The translations under genes were made by a program, and so were the position numbers. Source: Botryllus schlosseri (taxonomy: Eukaryota). From it: a stretch of DNA of 64,000 bases. The DNA is taken from positions 12,338,001-12,402,000 of the forward strand of contig CM119380.1 in NCBI GenBank assembly GCA_051294905.1, written 5' to 3'. The notes under the pieces are model-generated. The model was not told where the DNA came from and ran no database searches. It saw only the letters and a list, made by a program, of their open reading frames with translations. Each line of letters starts with the position of its first letter. Positions within the stretch are counted from its first letter, which is position 1. Positions 49,872 through 63,400 of the stretch are shown here, in pieces.

Positions 49872-52800
49872 CTTCGGTATATTTTCTTGCTGAGGAAGAC
49901 GGCTAAACCGTATTCGTTAAAGATATGAAACGGCAACCTCGACCTCGCTGTAACGATAGCATAAAATCGTTATATAGTAGTATCGAGCCGTGCGTGCATT
50001 CACCAAGCCTTGCTCTGTTTTTTATTTATTTATTCTTGGTTAATTGCTGTATTTACTAATTATTTACCTTTCTATAGGCGTAATCAGTAACTAGTATCAA
50101 TGGCGTTAGTTTAAGATTGTTGCCAGAAGAAATTGGTAATAATCGTTTCATAAACTGACTTTATTATTAGGCCTACTACTGTTGTATAATTGCTATACGT
50201 AAGTAGCTAAGTACAACGTAAATAGGTTACAGATCGCTAGCGGGTATACGGTATACATATATTCGCACGCGCATATTTTTGTTCGGTTGTTCGTTTGTTA
50301 ATGTATTATCAATTCCGGCTGCAGCTGCTGTTGCGTTATGGAAGCTACAATATCTTCAGTAGAAAGCTGATTTAGCTGGACTAATAACTTGCACAGCACA
50401 CGTACAAATTTTTTTATGCGACTCAGCTATAGACTCTCAGAAGGTTGCAAATCACGACTCTTACTCCTACCGACGGTTCATTCAGGTTGTAATAGCGACT
50501 CCTGCTCCAGAGCTCACGGCTCTAGCACACTTGAAATTGACTATCCAATTCGCAGTTATATAAACAAATACGTACTATGACAGCATCGCAGTTTCTCATG
50601 AAGGCTCTTATGCTTGAGCAAATGAGCAATCTGAATTGATGTAACGCACATGATCGTCAGTCATTGGCGATATTTACGCGTGTAATTGATTTGAAATCCA
50701 ATTCACAACACCTCGACCGTACAAAATCATCACATATTGCCGATGAAACATCTGTTAATCATATAGCTGAGAAAGTACTGTGCCCAAATACTATTATCAT
50801 TATTGAAAGAACGGGAGTGTCGCCTATCGCCGTTTCCGGTCTTGTGCGCCATGCGATATAAAGTTTTTCAACATAATTACAATGACTGTAATAAGGATTA
50901 CTTACGTTCAGGGTATACACTTTCACAGTTAATAGTATAAGTCACGTTGCGTACATATAAAAGCTTGCTTCGTGAATTGATGAACTCGACGACCGATGGC
51001 GATAATCGACAAGGGATCGCCACCCCCATGGCGTTGTGCCCCGATTTTCTGAGGTCACGGAGACGAATATTTCCTACCACTGACTATTACGAAAATGTCA
51101 ATTAACCGGATGCTATCGGAGGCTATTTTCTCGAGAATGAAAGTCCCTTTTTCAAAATAGGAAAAAACGTCATATGAGGAATGCGAATCTGGCAAACTAG
51201 GTATCAGATCAGTTGAAGAGTCATTTTAAAGCGTCACTACTATAACGGAAGTATGGTGCCTGACCACCACTATGAAGATTAAAGGGTCGGTTCTCGGTGG
51301 CATAGTAATCAATAGGATGGGAATTTCTCCTTACAGGTAAACTACCGGTGAGCCGGTAATGCTATGTGTCAACAGTGGACGGACACTCACGTTCGGCTCT
51401 GTATTTTGCGTGATGCGGATTCCTCGTACTGCTACTTGACTACATCGATGGATATAGATGGACATCATTTCAAAAGACCTGCATACGCTGATATTTATAT
51501 TATAGTATAGTATGATAGGCTATAGTATTGATAGAAGAGTGGTTCTCAAACGGTGGTACTAATACCACTAGTCACTGGTGATACTCGACAGGTTTTTAAG
51601 TGGTATTTAGTTGTATTTAGTCTACAATTTGATGCCATTTCAGTAGCTAAAACCACTGCTAATGTATCATGTATGTAGTGGTTACTTCAGATAACTAACG
51701 TTAATAATATTGCGTCAGACCGGATTACCAACAAAGAAGACTGAAACTGGTGGGATTGACTAGCTATAGGCTACTAGGGTATAGGGTTGCCATACGTCCG
51801 GAATTTCCCGGACATGTCCGGAATTTCACTGTTAAACTGCGTCCGGGAAGAATTTCTAAAATATGCCTAAATGTCCGGAATTTTGAAGGCTTGAAGTAAG
51901 CTCATATCTTTTTTTTTTCGTAAATTAACCTAAACAAGACTATTTTTGGGCAGATTTTTGCTACATGAAAGTTTTCTTCGCGCTGCGCGCGATTTAGTAT
52001 CATATATATTGGTTTTAATATGGGGACTACCGCCCTCGCAAAAACTGCGATCAAAAAATAAATAAAAAATAACATTCATTTACAAAAAGAAGTCTAATTG
52101 TAATCGCAATTACAAAGATAGCGGTATTCATAGAGTCGTCGTTATGTCGTTTGGATGCTTTATTCAAAGATGTTGGCTTAAAACCTGGGGGTAGTTTGCA
52201 TTTATTCTGGGGTTCGCGAAGATGTTGAACGTAATTAGCTTCCAAAATTGGCTGTGAGTAAGTCTGGGCAAATGTGCCGACCTTTAATTAGTAATCAGCT
52301 CATCAAATTTTGAGCTGGGTCACGGCACATTTTCAAATAGGAAATGGATTCGCGCCATAAAAGGTTGGCAAACACCGGATGTGCGGTGTTTATAGCTCAG
52401 TGGTGAAGTGTACACCCGCATTAGACTGATAAATAATCTTATCGGCGTGACATTAACATGACTTAACGATGTACAATTACGCCCCTTGCATTTTCGAAGT
52501 CATCATCCTACATCAGCTCTATTCTACCGTTGACTCTGATTATGTGAACGGAGAGAGCATTAAAATTATACAGTAATATATGGAAAAGCCAATATTATTG
52601 ACACAATTCATTCAAATCATTTAACGACCAGATGCATATAGTAAACCCCCAGAAGTTGCATCCAATTCCTTACGATGGGCCCAAGAACAGTGTTTATTTG
52701 GGTGGGATGGGGCTGCAATATGTAACTACTGCCCAGGTTACAACATACAATACACAACCACATACTCCTGAACCGGATCGCGACCACCTCTAGTCGATAG

Positions 52801-55800
52801 ACAAAGCGTTGCTGGTGTGACGTCATATCGATCGACAATGCGCTCTCACCTCATTTTGAAATCCGCTAGTGGGCGCTGAAGAGCGTCCGGAATTTGTAAA
52901 ACAAAAATATGGTAACCCTATACTAGGGACAATATACTAATTAATCAGTATAGTAAGCAGGTTAAAAGTATCCATGCAGAAACGAAACTGCAATCCAGAG
53001 TAGCCTACATAAAGTATCCAATCCATTCACCGCAATAGAATACAGGCGGTATTTTTCGTGGTTTGTGTGAAAATCCTTTCATACGCGGACAGTCCGGCCA
53101 CGTAATCCAGCATGTGAAAAGGTCACCTTGATCCGAACGAAGCAGAAAGTTAATCTAGCTAGATCCCTGTCTTGGCAGCGGAGTGTGAACAAATGATCTC
53201 GGTCTTGATGATACTCTCGACCACGGAAGAGCAATATATATATATATATATAAGGCCCATGGGTCGGACTCGGGCCGCGACGGAATTTTGAGCGGCCCGT
53301 AGACAGTCCTCGGCCTTACATGACCATGTGGTCCGCGGCAACAGTCTGCCACAATCACCCACTACTTGCATACTACGTCAAATTATAATAGCTGTCACAG
53401 ACAGGGCCGTAACAGCCGCACCCCAAACCCATAATGTGTGGGCGACCTCGAAAGGGGTCCAAAATTATTTCGCAAATACACATAAATTAGAGAGTATTTT
53501 TAGTGGAATTATTAAACTTCATTTAACGGCCATTACCACGCCACGACACCCTCAGACTTATGAACTTCTGACCAACATGTGACTCTGCGAAATGCGATGT
53601 CAAAAACAAAGGCGGCGAGAAAACCTCGGGTGAAGATTGATTTATTCACAAAATTCAGTAATGAATTTGAAAATATCTTCGTGCACTGCGTGATCATGAA
53701 ATACACAGGCACCATACACATACTGTGTGAATTGATGGCAGTGAAGTCGTGTCTTCAAGTTAGTAGGCGATAAATTTGGAGTCTGGAGGGGCGATAACCC
53801 CGGACGTTTGGTTAATTAATTACTCTATGAGAGCCCAAGACAAATTGGGGGCTGACGAAGTGCTTTTTCGGTCCTGCTGACACAGTCACACTATCCATCA
53901 CTCGAAACTATGGCAGTGTTGGGATCACTCGAGTCATGACTTGACTCTAGTAAACTTTTTCGTATGACTTGACTTGACTCGAGTTACTTTGCAAAAATGA
54001 CTTGACTTGACTCGGCGCTTCAGAAATGTGGATTGACTCGTGACTAGGGCTGGGCAAAATCGAGTACCTGTGTGATTCGATTCTGAATCACGTAATATGC
54101 TTCGAGTCGAGTCGAGTAATCGAGTATCACTCGTTATGAGGTCATAAAAGAATGTAATACGTCAAAGTTCAAATATGTACCCATTGTACCGTTTATGCCC
54201 CCACAAGGAATATAATGCCTTTTATCCATCTCATAAATGATAATTTGGTGTTTTTTCGACCATACCGATTTCGTTCCACTTGGTGACAATGCTGTGGGAT
54301 AATCATGACTTCGGAAATGTGCTACGTCCAGTAACCTTCGTAGCTTCGTACCATATGTTTCGTATGCTACGATATCGCCAATCAACGTTTCAAGGCTTCA
54401 CCAGTGAAAATTAGTATCGAAACTATAATTATCGTTGATAAATTAACTTTCCGTGGCGAGAAGCTTATAATTTCAGTACTCGAAAAAATCGTATTTTACT
54501 ACTCGACTCGAATCATTAAAATTAATACTCGATTCAGATTCGAGTACTCGAATCATTGTGCCCAGCCCTACTCGTGACTCGTAGCAAAATTTACGAGTCA
54601 ATTTCAAGTCATCAAGTAAACGGTGTCGATTAAATCGCTGTATCTTGTTTATGTTCGGATTATTCGCGATACGCTGGCGTGACTTCTGAGAGAAACCAGT
54701 CATACACTGATTGTACCTTTCACTGATCCCCCTTGTTACATCACAAATAAATTGACCGAAAACGAAATGACTACAGCATACGTTCATGTGCTAGCAGTAG
54801 AATAATCTAATAGCAACGTATATGTTTCTTGGACGGCTCTGTGCTTACATCGCGCAGTGCCCACCTTAACCAATCATCCCCTTGTATGATTTGATTCGAA
54901 CGATTATTGTTTATGCGTTTATATTCTCACGGATGTGTAGATGGGTAGTGTATTATGCGATATCAATTTGTTTCAACTTCTCGACGCTTCGTATTCGATC
55001 CTCTATTTTGGCTCACGTATTTTATTAGCTGCTCTACGTTTGTGTGAGCCATACAACGGCTCTTTGTATATATATTTGACTTTATACTTGGTATTTAATT
55101 CAAGTTATATGACCAATACGTATGTCTTACACACATCCAGCAAAATGTAATGACTTTGAATCATCACTCATACTTCGAAAATTCAATTTGACCTGAATTG
55201 TGACTTGACTCGTGACCTGACTTGACTTGATTCGACTTGATTGGAGTCACCTCCAAAAAGCGAGTGACTTGACTTGACTCGAGTCACCTTGGAAAATCGA
55301 TTGACTTGACTTGAATCGAGTCGAAATGTGCAATGACTCGAAATGACTCGTGACTCGAAGGTAGTGACTTGATCCCAACACTGAACTATGGTACCCCAGA
55401 TGATGATAACTGAGAAATAGGCCTACACCAATATGATATATGCACCAGCCAGTGGTTCTCAAAATTTTTACAACACGCTCCCTTTATGATAGTGAAAAAA
55501 ATTCGCGCCCACTTATCGTGATATCACAAAATAATAAAAAGTGTAAACAGAATGCTAGCAACCCCAACGGTTAGTTTGATGGCATGGAAGGTTTTGGCTG
55601 TTGACGATAGAGTTCTCGAAAATGAAATTCGGACTACACTCAGAGCAATAACCAGAATACAGAGGTGAATCACTTTAGGGACTTTCAGAAATTTTCTGCC
55701 AAGTTTGATATCTCGTCAGCACCCTTTACAATTTACTCCGAGAAGATGCCCTGTGATTTACAGCTTGAGGTAATTGATCTGTGACCCTGCCCTGAAAGAG

Positions 55801-58800
55801 AGCGTCCAATCTGAAAGCACTGAATGAAGCCAAGCTGGGCAATCTGAAAATGATGGCTATCAAACTATTGTTTAGTTCGGGTCTACATTTGCGAGCAAAC
55901 ATTTTCGACCATGAACATTAACTACAAGACAATCTAACTCAGGGGTGGGCAAACTTTTGAGCTCGCGAGCCGCATTCAATATCTGAATCCATTCGTGGGT
56001 CGAACTATATAAAATTGGGCTTACGAACCAAAACGCGATATTGGTATTTGATTTTATAATGAGAACAAGGAGATAATATATATGCTTATTTAAAAGAATC
56101 TAAACATTGCTTTGATGATATCGTACACGCGTCAGAAACAGTGGCGAGATTTCATATAGGCTGGTCGACCTCAATAACCAATTTGTCAAAACTATAGAGA
56201 TGAAAGTAGGTTGTCCCGATTCTTAGAACAGGATTGAAATTCAAATCTGTGAGCAGCGATCCGTTCATAGATTTGCTAATTCCACTTTTGGATCAGTTCC
56301 AGGACACACAATGCTGACAGCATCATAACCATGTTAGCTTCAAACACGCTTCTACTATGTGTAGATAAAATATAAATACCCTAATTCTGCGCATACACAG
56401 AATGAATCTACCTAAGGCATCGCGAGTCGTTTTTTAAAAGCACACCACTAAAATAATAAAAATTGGATTGGCCAATCTGAAATCACACTAGTGATCCGAA
56501 TTATGTCAATCTCGTTTAGGATTTATGTGATGTTGTTTAGCAGTTGAAACCTTTTAACCTGCGGGGGCCTTGAGATCGGGATGTCGCGCCAGAAATGAAT
56601 GAGAAAAATGATATAGGAAGTATTCACCTTAGTACAGTGGTTCTCAAACTTAAGACACGCCACCCCACCCCTTATGATGGTAAAAGAGTTCGCGCCCCCC
56701 TTATCGTCATATCTCAAAACGCAACCGATGCTAGCAAACCTAACGGATAGTTATATTGCATGGAAGGATACGACTGTGGATGACAGATTTTTAAATACGA
56801 AGTTCAGACTAAAATATAGAGTAAAATTTTTTTCAGTTGAGCTCAGCTTTGCGCCCATCTTCAGACGCTTTCACACCCCTCCAAGGGGATGCGCCCCCAG
56901 TTTGAGAGCCACTGCCTTAGAATTATCATGGTGAAATATACTAAGAAAAATTTAATCAAGTCCCAGCATTATTTCGATTTTTAGTACGCATTTTATCAAT
57001 ATTTTTAAGAATTTTATTTGAACTCTCGCGGGACGCTCAGAACGGTGTGGAGGGCCGCATGCGGCCCGCGGGCCGTAGTTTGCCCACCCCTGATCTGACT
57101 GATGTTCACGTGTAGTCTTTACTAATCGACAAATGTCGGTACATCAGACAATACATGCAACCAGAGTTCAAAGAACTTGTGGACAACGTTGATAAAACCA
57201 CAGATGACTCATTGACTTCAACAGCTTTCAAGTATATTACGTTGATAAATTCATTGAATACTGATTTTGGTCTTTATGTTTTATGCTTCAAGTTAAATAC
57301 AATTTATTCCTATTATAGATGGATATATATGCGATTATTGTATCGCTAAGGAAATCCGGCCTGTCAAGTAGCCTACTTTATTTTCCCATATCAGACTCAC
57401 AAAATGACCGCCCCTGTCCAGCCAAGACTCAGAATCGACTATAATTGAGCGTGGACACGATCTCTGACGTGTTGTGAGAATAATGTCATTTCCTGGATAA
57501 AGAAAGCTTGTGACGAAGAAACAGTTGCATATATTATTAAATTAAAATGTGTTTTTATGCGGACAATGGGTGTTATGGTATAGCAATAACGCAAATAACT
57601 ATACCGGCAAATATGAGTAAAATAAATCATTCGAAAAGTAAGTGGTGCGTGATGTAGTTTCAAAAAATATCATGGACGTCAGTTTACACAAAGGCCGCGA
57701 GTAGATTTAAGCTAACGTGCTGGTCATTATATAGTAATCAGCACGGCAATACAAAATATGCTTAACATACAGCAATTAATCAGAACGTATTAGCAATTGT
57801 GATAGAGCGGAATGCTAATATTGTATGCGGCCGTTTGCAGGCTTTAGCCTAGGGGTGCGCGAGTATTCGGAACCGGTAATTTCGTCCCTGGGTGTTTCCA
57901 AGCTAGGAGACAGCAAGACATATAACTTTCCTGGCGACATGCGACTCCGCGAAGTGCACTGCTAAAATGATCGACGGCGATAAAATCTTGCTATTAAATA
58001 ACCGCCACATGTCGGCCGAAACGTTCGCTATTGATATGTCCCGACGTCAAAATGACTGGCGCCGAATAGCCCTGTGAGTATATAGTAGATCGGTGAAAAG
58101 GTTATAATACAGTGGTTCTCATCCGCTGTTGTACGGAACACTAGGGATTCCAGGAGCCAATCTCAAATGTTCCGCGGAGGCCAAGACAGACACTCAACTC
58201 ATACATTGATTTGTGATGAGGCGCCCGTCTTGGACATATTTAGAAGCGGGCAATTAGGCCCGATCAATGGTTGTAACTGTTGCGATGGTATGCCGTGTGC
58301 AGTGGCATGTTCAGGAGACGTTGAGATTCGAAATCTTAACCGCGACCTTCTGAAATTACAAATCGATCTTCAATAAAGCTCATTTGCAATTAAGCAAGTG
58401 GTATCACGCGATTGCGTTTAGACCGAACATTACGGTGACACTTTCCACGGTGAAACCTCACACCTTTGAACTGGTATCTGAATCGGAACAGCAGAAGCCA
58501 CACTGATTTACAATACATATTCATAATAATGTTTTCGCTTAGGGTGAAAAATACATTTAAATAGGTTCGTTTTTTAACACTCTGTTGATGTACAGTTTAT
58601 TTCGTGTACCAGTAATCTATTAGATGACTATTTATAGTTGTACATTGTTTCAGATTTTTGTTTTTATGATTCAGAGAAAATTTGGAGCTCCGCGAAGCCT
58701 TGCAGAATAGCGTAAGTATTCCGCTCAACATTATAGGTTAAGAACCACTGGATTATGTATGGAGTATACGAGATTTCAATGTCTGATCAATGATAGACTG

Positions 58801-61800
58801 AGAGTTAATTTCTCGCAAGCGAACCCATGTCTTTTAATGTAAAACATTGTGATTCGGTAAATTCTTTACGTACATACTTATTACCACATGGATTTGCAAC
58901 CCGAGATTTGACCGTCCGATCATGATCATTAGTTTCACGTATACCTCCTCCTGTGCCGTGTTAAAGGGTAATATGACATCAGCAAACATTATTGAAGCAT
59001 CATTATTAGCACTTCGATTTGAAAAACCAGATTCGTATGTCTTACTTATAGTTTATTGGAAATTGACCCATGTTGGCACAATCCAACCGTGTATTGTGCA
59101 GATGTAAGGAAATAGATTACTAATGCAATCGTTTACAATAATCAAAACTAACAACTGGTACAATTTTACAAATCAATCGTTTGTAACAACTAAGGCTAAC
59201 GATGAAACAACAATTTCGGTATTGATACGTTGAACACCGGGTTCAATGCTTCATCGTCCGAATTAGTGACGAATAACTGAAACGCATACACAGTGTCAGT
59301 ATATCGCCCGGTTGATTAATGCTTGATCCCTTTCGCACTATCCAACGCGCGCACTGTAAAATATTAGATGATCTACACAAAACTCTCCTCGTCACATAAA
59401 AAACTTGGGCGATGTTTGCTAGACACATCCTATTCAACTAGATTTGTGTTATATGCAAAACGCATAATATCAAAGAACTCGAAAACGTACACCGAAATGT
59501 GGTAAATATGTTTTGTGGTCATGTTCAATATAGTAATTTTTATACGAAAATTTGTCATTTCTCTGTACCAAGATATTTATTCCCGCAATGCCCAAGCCAC
59601 CAATGTCTTGCTCGGTAATATGAATTTGAGCTGTAAGTGAGTCGCTTTTGACGGACGTGCAAGTACAGCAGCTCTGATTTATCGAGCACAAGGGACAATA
59701 GCATCAATCCGTTATTAAATTCGTATCGAACACTGGACTAATGTAATTTAGTTATTGGTCGAGAAAACACCATCAAGTTTTTTTTTGTGGGATGCATTGG
59801 AAAAATTTATTGCGCTGAGCTCGATACAAAATCTGTACATTTGGAAATACAAATACACTATATTTCGATGGGGCCAACACTGCATGCTTTTCTATGTTGG
59901 ATTGTGAGATGCGTAGATTAATCAGACAGAAAATCGACCTTGGTGATGTCTTTATAGGACAATGTAATCATCGACATAACCTATACCGCAACAATACCTT
60001 ACTTATGTAATATTAATTCATGGCATGATTGAATTCCCAGCGATTTACCCGCGAGTAGATAACAACGGTTCTGATATATCGGATGCAAGATCCCAGAACA
60101 ACACTGATTTTTCAACATAGCACACATATTATCCGAAGATATCGCTCATTCCAATTGATCTATTCATAAAGCACGAACAAACGACCGACATAAAGAATAG
60201 TTTGTTTTGTTGTTATTTATACGATATTCCACTCAACAGAATACAATCGACGTTTTAATGTGCCATGATATTGATTTGAACCACGCCAAATTCCAGCTAC
60301 GTTTTACCAACTTGTAGATTATGATATCAATGTTGACCAGCACCGCTTCATCGTGTGGATCTTTTTTCAGCGTCATAGATACCCTTTATAAGAAGCTCAG
60401 TAATCAAAATTACTTACACGGAGGTTTATGAAATAGGTGTTTGAGTAACTCTTCGTTCCCGTCAGATCCTTTGATTTTGAAAAAAAACAGGCTAAATGGT
60501 AGAATGGTAAACCAAGGTAATGGTCAAATTACCAGCTTGAAATTACAAATCGAAATAGTTGTCATATATGAGTTGTGAGCGAACCAAATAGGAAAAATTT
60601 ACATTCCCTTCTACAATACATCGTCGATTTCTATTTCATCATGATGACAGAACCATAGTTGTCGCAATAACTAATTCACTTTACTCTATATTCTCATGCT
60701 ACAAATCCGCAGATTGTTTGTTTATATTTCGCAAACTTTCCGTTACACATTGTAATCGTGCAATTTCAGGCTTAAACATGTCCTACTTATTTCTATCCGA
60801 TGTATCTGAATATTCAAATAACCCAGCAATGGAATTAGTACTTTGCATACTTCAAATATTCGCGGCAATTTTCCCAAAAGTTGCGTGTTGCTGTACCATG
60901 GGTCTATATCAGACGAGGGCATTATGTGGCCGCGACGCTATTCTGACCGACCGTCGATAAGTACCTTGGAATGTAGACTACAAAATATATTTATTGATAT
61001 TTATGTTCATGTGTGGACAAAAGCTACCGTTGAAACTATATTTACCATATGTCTCTTTTTAAGAGGAATTGTTCTCATTTTTTTAAATAAATTGAAAGTA
61101 TCCTCTTTTTTGGGAATTTGTCCTCTTTTCTAGAAAAGACTTTACACACCCGACAAGTTGGTATTATTGTTGCAAAATCAAGTCACCCGTAATAATTTCA
61201 AGTTCAGTTACAATATCTAAGAAATTGTGAGCCAATTCGTAAATTCGAACTGCATGGTGACTTGACAGCCGACAACTCATGCCAATTGAATATTGGTCAG
61301 GCTATCCCTGGCATAGATAGCATCGTATCATATCCTTGATGGGCTAAATGAGTCAGTGCATAGGCGCCGACTTTTATTTTTGCATGGGGTGGCGGCAGGC
61401 ACGTAGCCTGGGGGACGTCGAACACCCCACCCCTTGAAATGACCATTCTGACTCTAATACTCAGTTGCAATTCAACAAGTCGTATTACCAGTGTTACGCG
61501 GGGCCGCGACCGATTAGCGAGATTCGTTTGTACACGCATATCGCATCGCACAATGCAACGCGACGCGGTCTCCCGCTGAGATGATTGCGAAATTAGGTCA
61601 TTGATTGCTGCGAAATCGGCATTCGTCGCTGGACTGAGCAGGTACACAGCGCGACAATTCTGGAACAGGAAAAACGGACAAGAATGATAATTTCAAAGGC
61701 ACGCGGCCAATCAATAATTAATTACTTAGTATTGAGTAGCTCGCATCGTGACAATGGGTTTCTGATTAAAACATCGATTTTGACTGCATTGCTGCATTTC

Positions 61801-63177
61801 CCAATTTACGTTCGCAGGGCATAATTGGATTAATGTTATGGGCGCTGGAATAAATTCCAACGAGCAAGCACACACAATAAAACACTGTTCAACTTTGCGC
61901 TGCGAGAATATTTATCACAAAAATGGTTCACAAAATATTTTAAACGCGGCTTGCGGCCCTCATCGATGCAAATAATGCACTTTAATTTGTTGAAGGTGGA
62001 CGTATATTTGATCGTCAAATCGCGATGGGAGATGGTGCTTCTCAGAGCGCGCGATCAAATCTACGTTTCTAACGATGAGATCGAATTTGTACATCTAATA
62101 TTGATCGTTAGTTTGCTGAAATCAGCATCAGTGAGCTGTGCGAAATACATAGTAGTGATCAATTTTATCGGACTGTACAATCGGTCGGCAAAGTTGCGCT
62201 GATAACGAAATTGCAAACATGCCGCAAACCCGCAATAATTACAAATACAGGGTGCGATAGTCATACCTAAAAAAATACCCAGATTCGGCAATGGCAACGA
62301 GCACAATTTGTTCAGACGCGGGCATAAGTTTTATTCAAAAAGATACTTAAACACAAACAATATTACACTCAGAGATAGTTACTGTTTGACGGTAGCAGGC
62401 CTGCATGCGGACGCGCTAAATCAAACCACCGCCGATAGTGCACATGAGATATCGATGACCCATTTCGCATACAAGTGATTCTTGCTAATTTGCAGTACGC
62501 AGCATCGATAATACGAATTAGTGAATTGGCATTTCAGAAGGACGGGATTTCTAGTTATAAACGAAAAACTCCCTGGCTACGCTCTTGGGGTTTTATGCGG
62601 ACAACCCGCTGGTTAATATCAGCCCGGGGTATACGGCCTACGTAGGCCCCGATCAGCCAGTCGAATTTGATCGTAAAATGGTGCGCCTTTAATTATCCAC
62701 GTGTTATTGCAGTAAGAGCAATATGGGCGCATGCCGTGACCTTATCAATAGAAATACATATCCCGATATCCGAAAGGTTTGAAATTCGATCCGCGATACG
62801 GTTGCGCTTGATACAGTCCATCCAGCAATAACGTTTATTGGAACATAGAAGGTTCCGGTTCAAACTAATCGAATAAATTCAGAATTTGCGCCACCGAGAA
62901 TCTCGTGTTGCATCATTTTTTGACAACATAATTCAACACTGTGCACTGCACAATGCGCAGTATTAATAACAAATCAAACACTGTCAAGTGACACCGAGCG
63001 AATACGAGTGTGTAATGCAGACAAGCATTAGTAGCCTACAGATGATAGCAAACGAGAAAGCGCGCATCTAATCGGTAATTCCTCAACTTGCGTACAGCAC
63101 AATGTTGTTCCAATTCTGACATCCCGACAATTGTTTGCTCATTATACCGACGTTTGAGCTATATATTGTGGCATTTC
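49872..63177 (-). CDS. Divergent integrin alpha-like gene or pseudogene, thigh/calf exons only
   Basis: Candidate exons 63177-63092 (IYSSNVGIMSKQLSGCQNWNNIVLY), 62198-~62070 (NFADRLYSPIKL), ~59660-59490, ~59275-59225 (FVTNSDDEA), ~59100-59045, 58950-58878, 51478-51391 (SQVAVRGI), 51083-50906 (LRKSG..LLYVRNV..NC), 50751-50678, ~50515-50440, 49947-49872. These resemble alphaV-type thigh/calf motifs by eye, and several junctions are in phase. No TM or GFFKR found. Confidence 0.5.
51782..52920. mobile_element. hAT element, short form of 43718-45878
   Basis: Same TIRs and ~400-bp ends; tactaggg duplicated in the flanks. Confidence 0.85.
53914..55383. mobile_element. hAT MITE with GACTT/GACTC subterminal arrays
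   Basis: TIR CAGTGTTGGGATCA; perfect TSD aactatgg; hosts 54045-54570. Confidence 0.95.
54045..54570. mobile_element. Nested hAT MITE
   Basis: Perfect TSD ctcgtgac; copy of 48388-48902. Confidence 0.95.
55940..57092. mobile_element. hAT MITE (CAGGGGTGGGCAAAC TIR)
   Basis: TSD atctaact/atctgact; hosts 56635-56914. Confidence 0.9.
56635..56914. mobile_element. Nested hAT MITE (CAGTGGTTCTCAAAC TIR)
   Basis: TSD ccttagta/ccttagaa. Confidence 0.85.
58110..58750. mobile_element. hAT-like MITE (CAGTGGTTCT TIR)
   Basis: TIRs present; TSD not recognisable. Confidence 0.65.
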
Positions 63178-63278
63178 CTGATAAAAGATGGCAAAGCCTT
63201 AGTTAGAGTAATGAATATGCGCACTCCGAGCAGGAATGACTTTCAATTCGCAGGCATACACAAACACACTGTCCTATT

Positions 63279-63400
63279 CAGAGGTGGTCAGTAACGAAGT
63301 ACTTCTACTTTTTCGAATTACTCAAGTAGTTTTCCTGTACTTCTGGTACTTACTCAAGTAGATCTTATTTCGCTACTTTGAGTTTGTCAAGTAGAAGTAG
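63279..63400. mobile_element. Left end of a CAGAGGTGGTCAGTAACGAAG MITE
   Basis: Same end as 21203; right end not resolved. Confidence 0.7.

Noticed and set aside
53914-55383. CRISPR-like array from GACTT/GACTC repeats
   Set aside because: Short subterminal motifs within TIR/TSD-bounded MITEs, with no spacers, in a eukaryotic context.
57155-57349. 64-aa ORF or hAT C-terminus
   Set aside because: No convincing motif; lies outside the adjacent TIR.
59006-60414. Two 34-nt GT-AG micro-introns
   Set aside because: Below the 53-60 nt minimum seen elsewhere; one fails phase, and the other has a better alternative exon (58950-58878).
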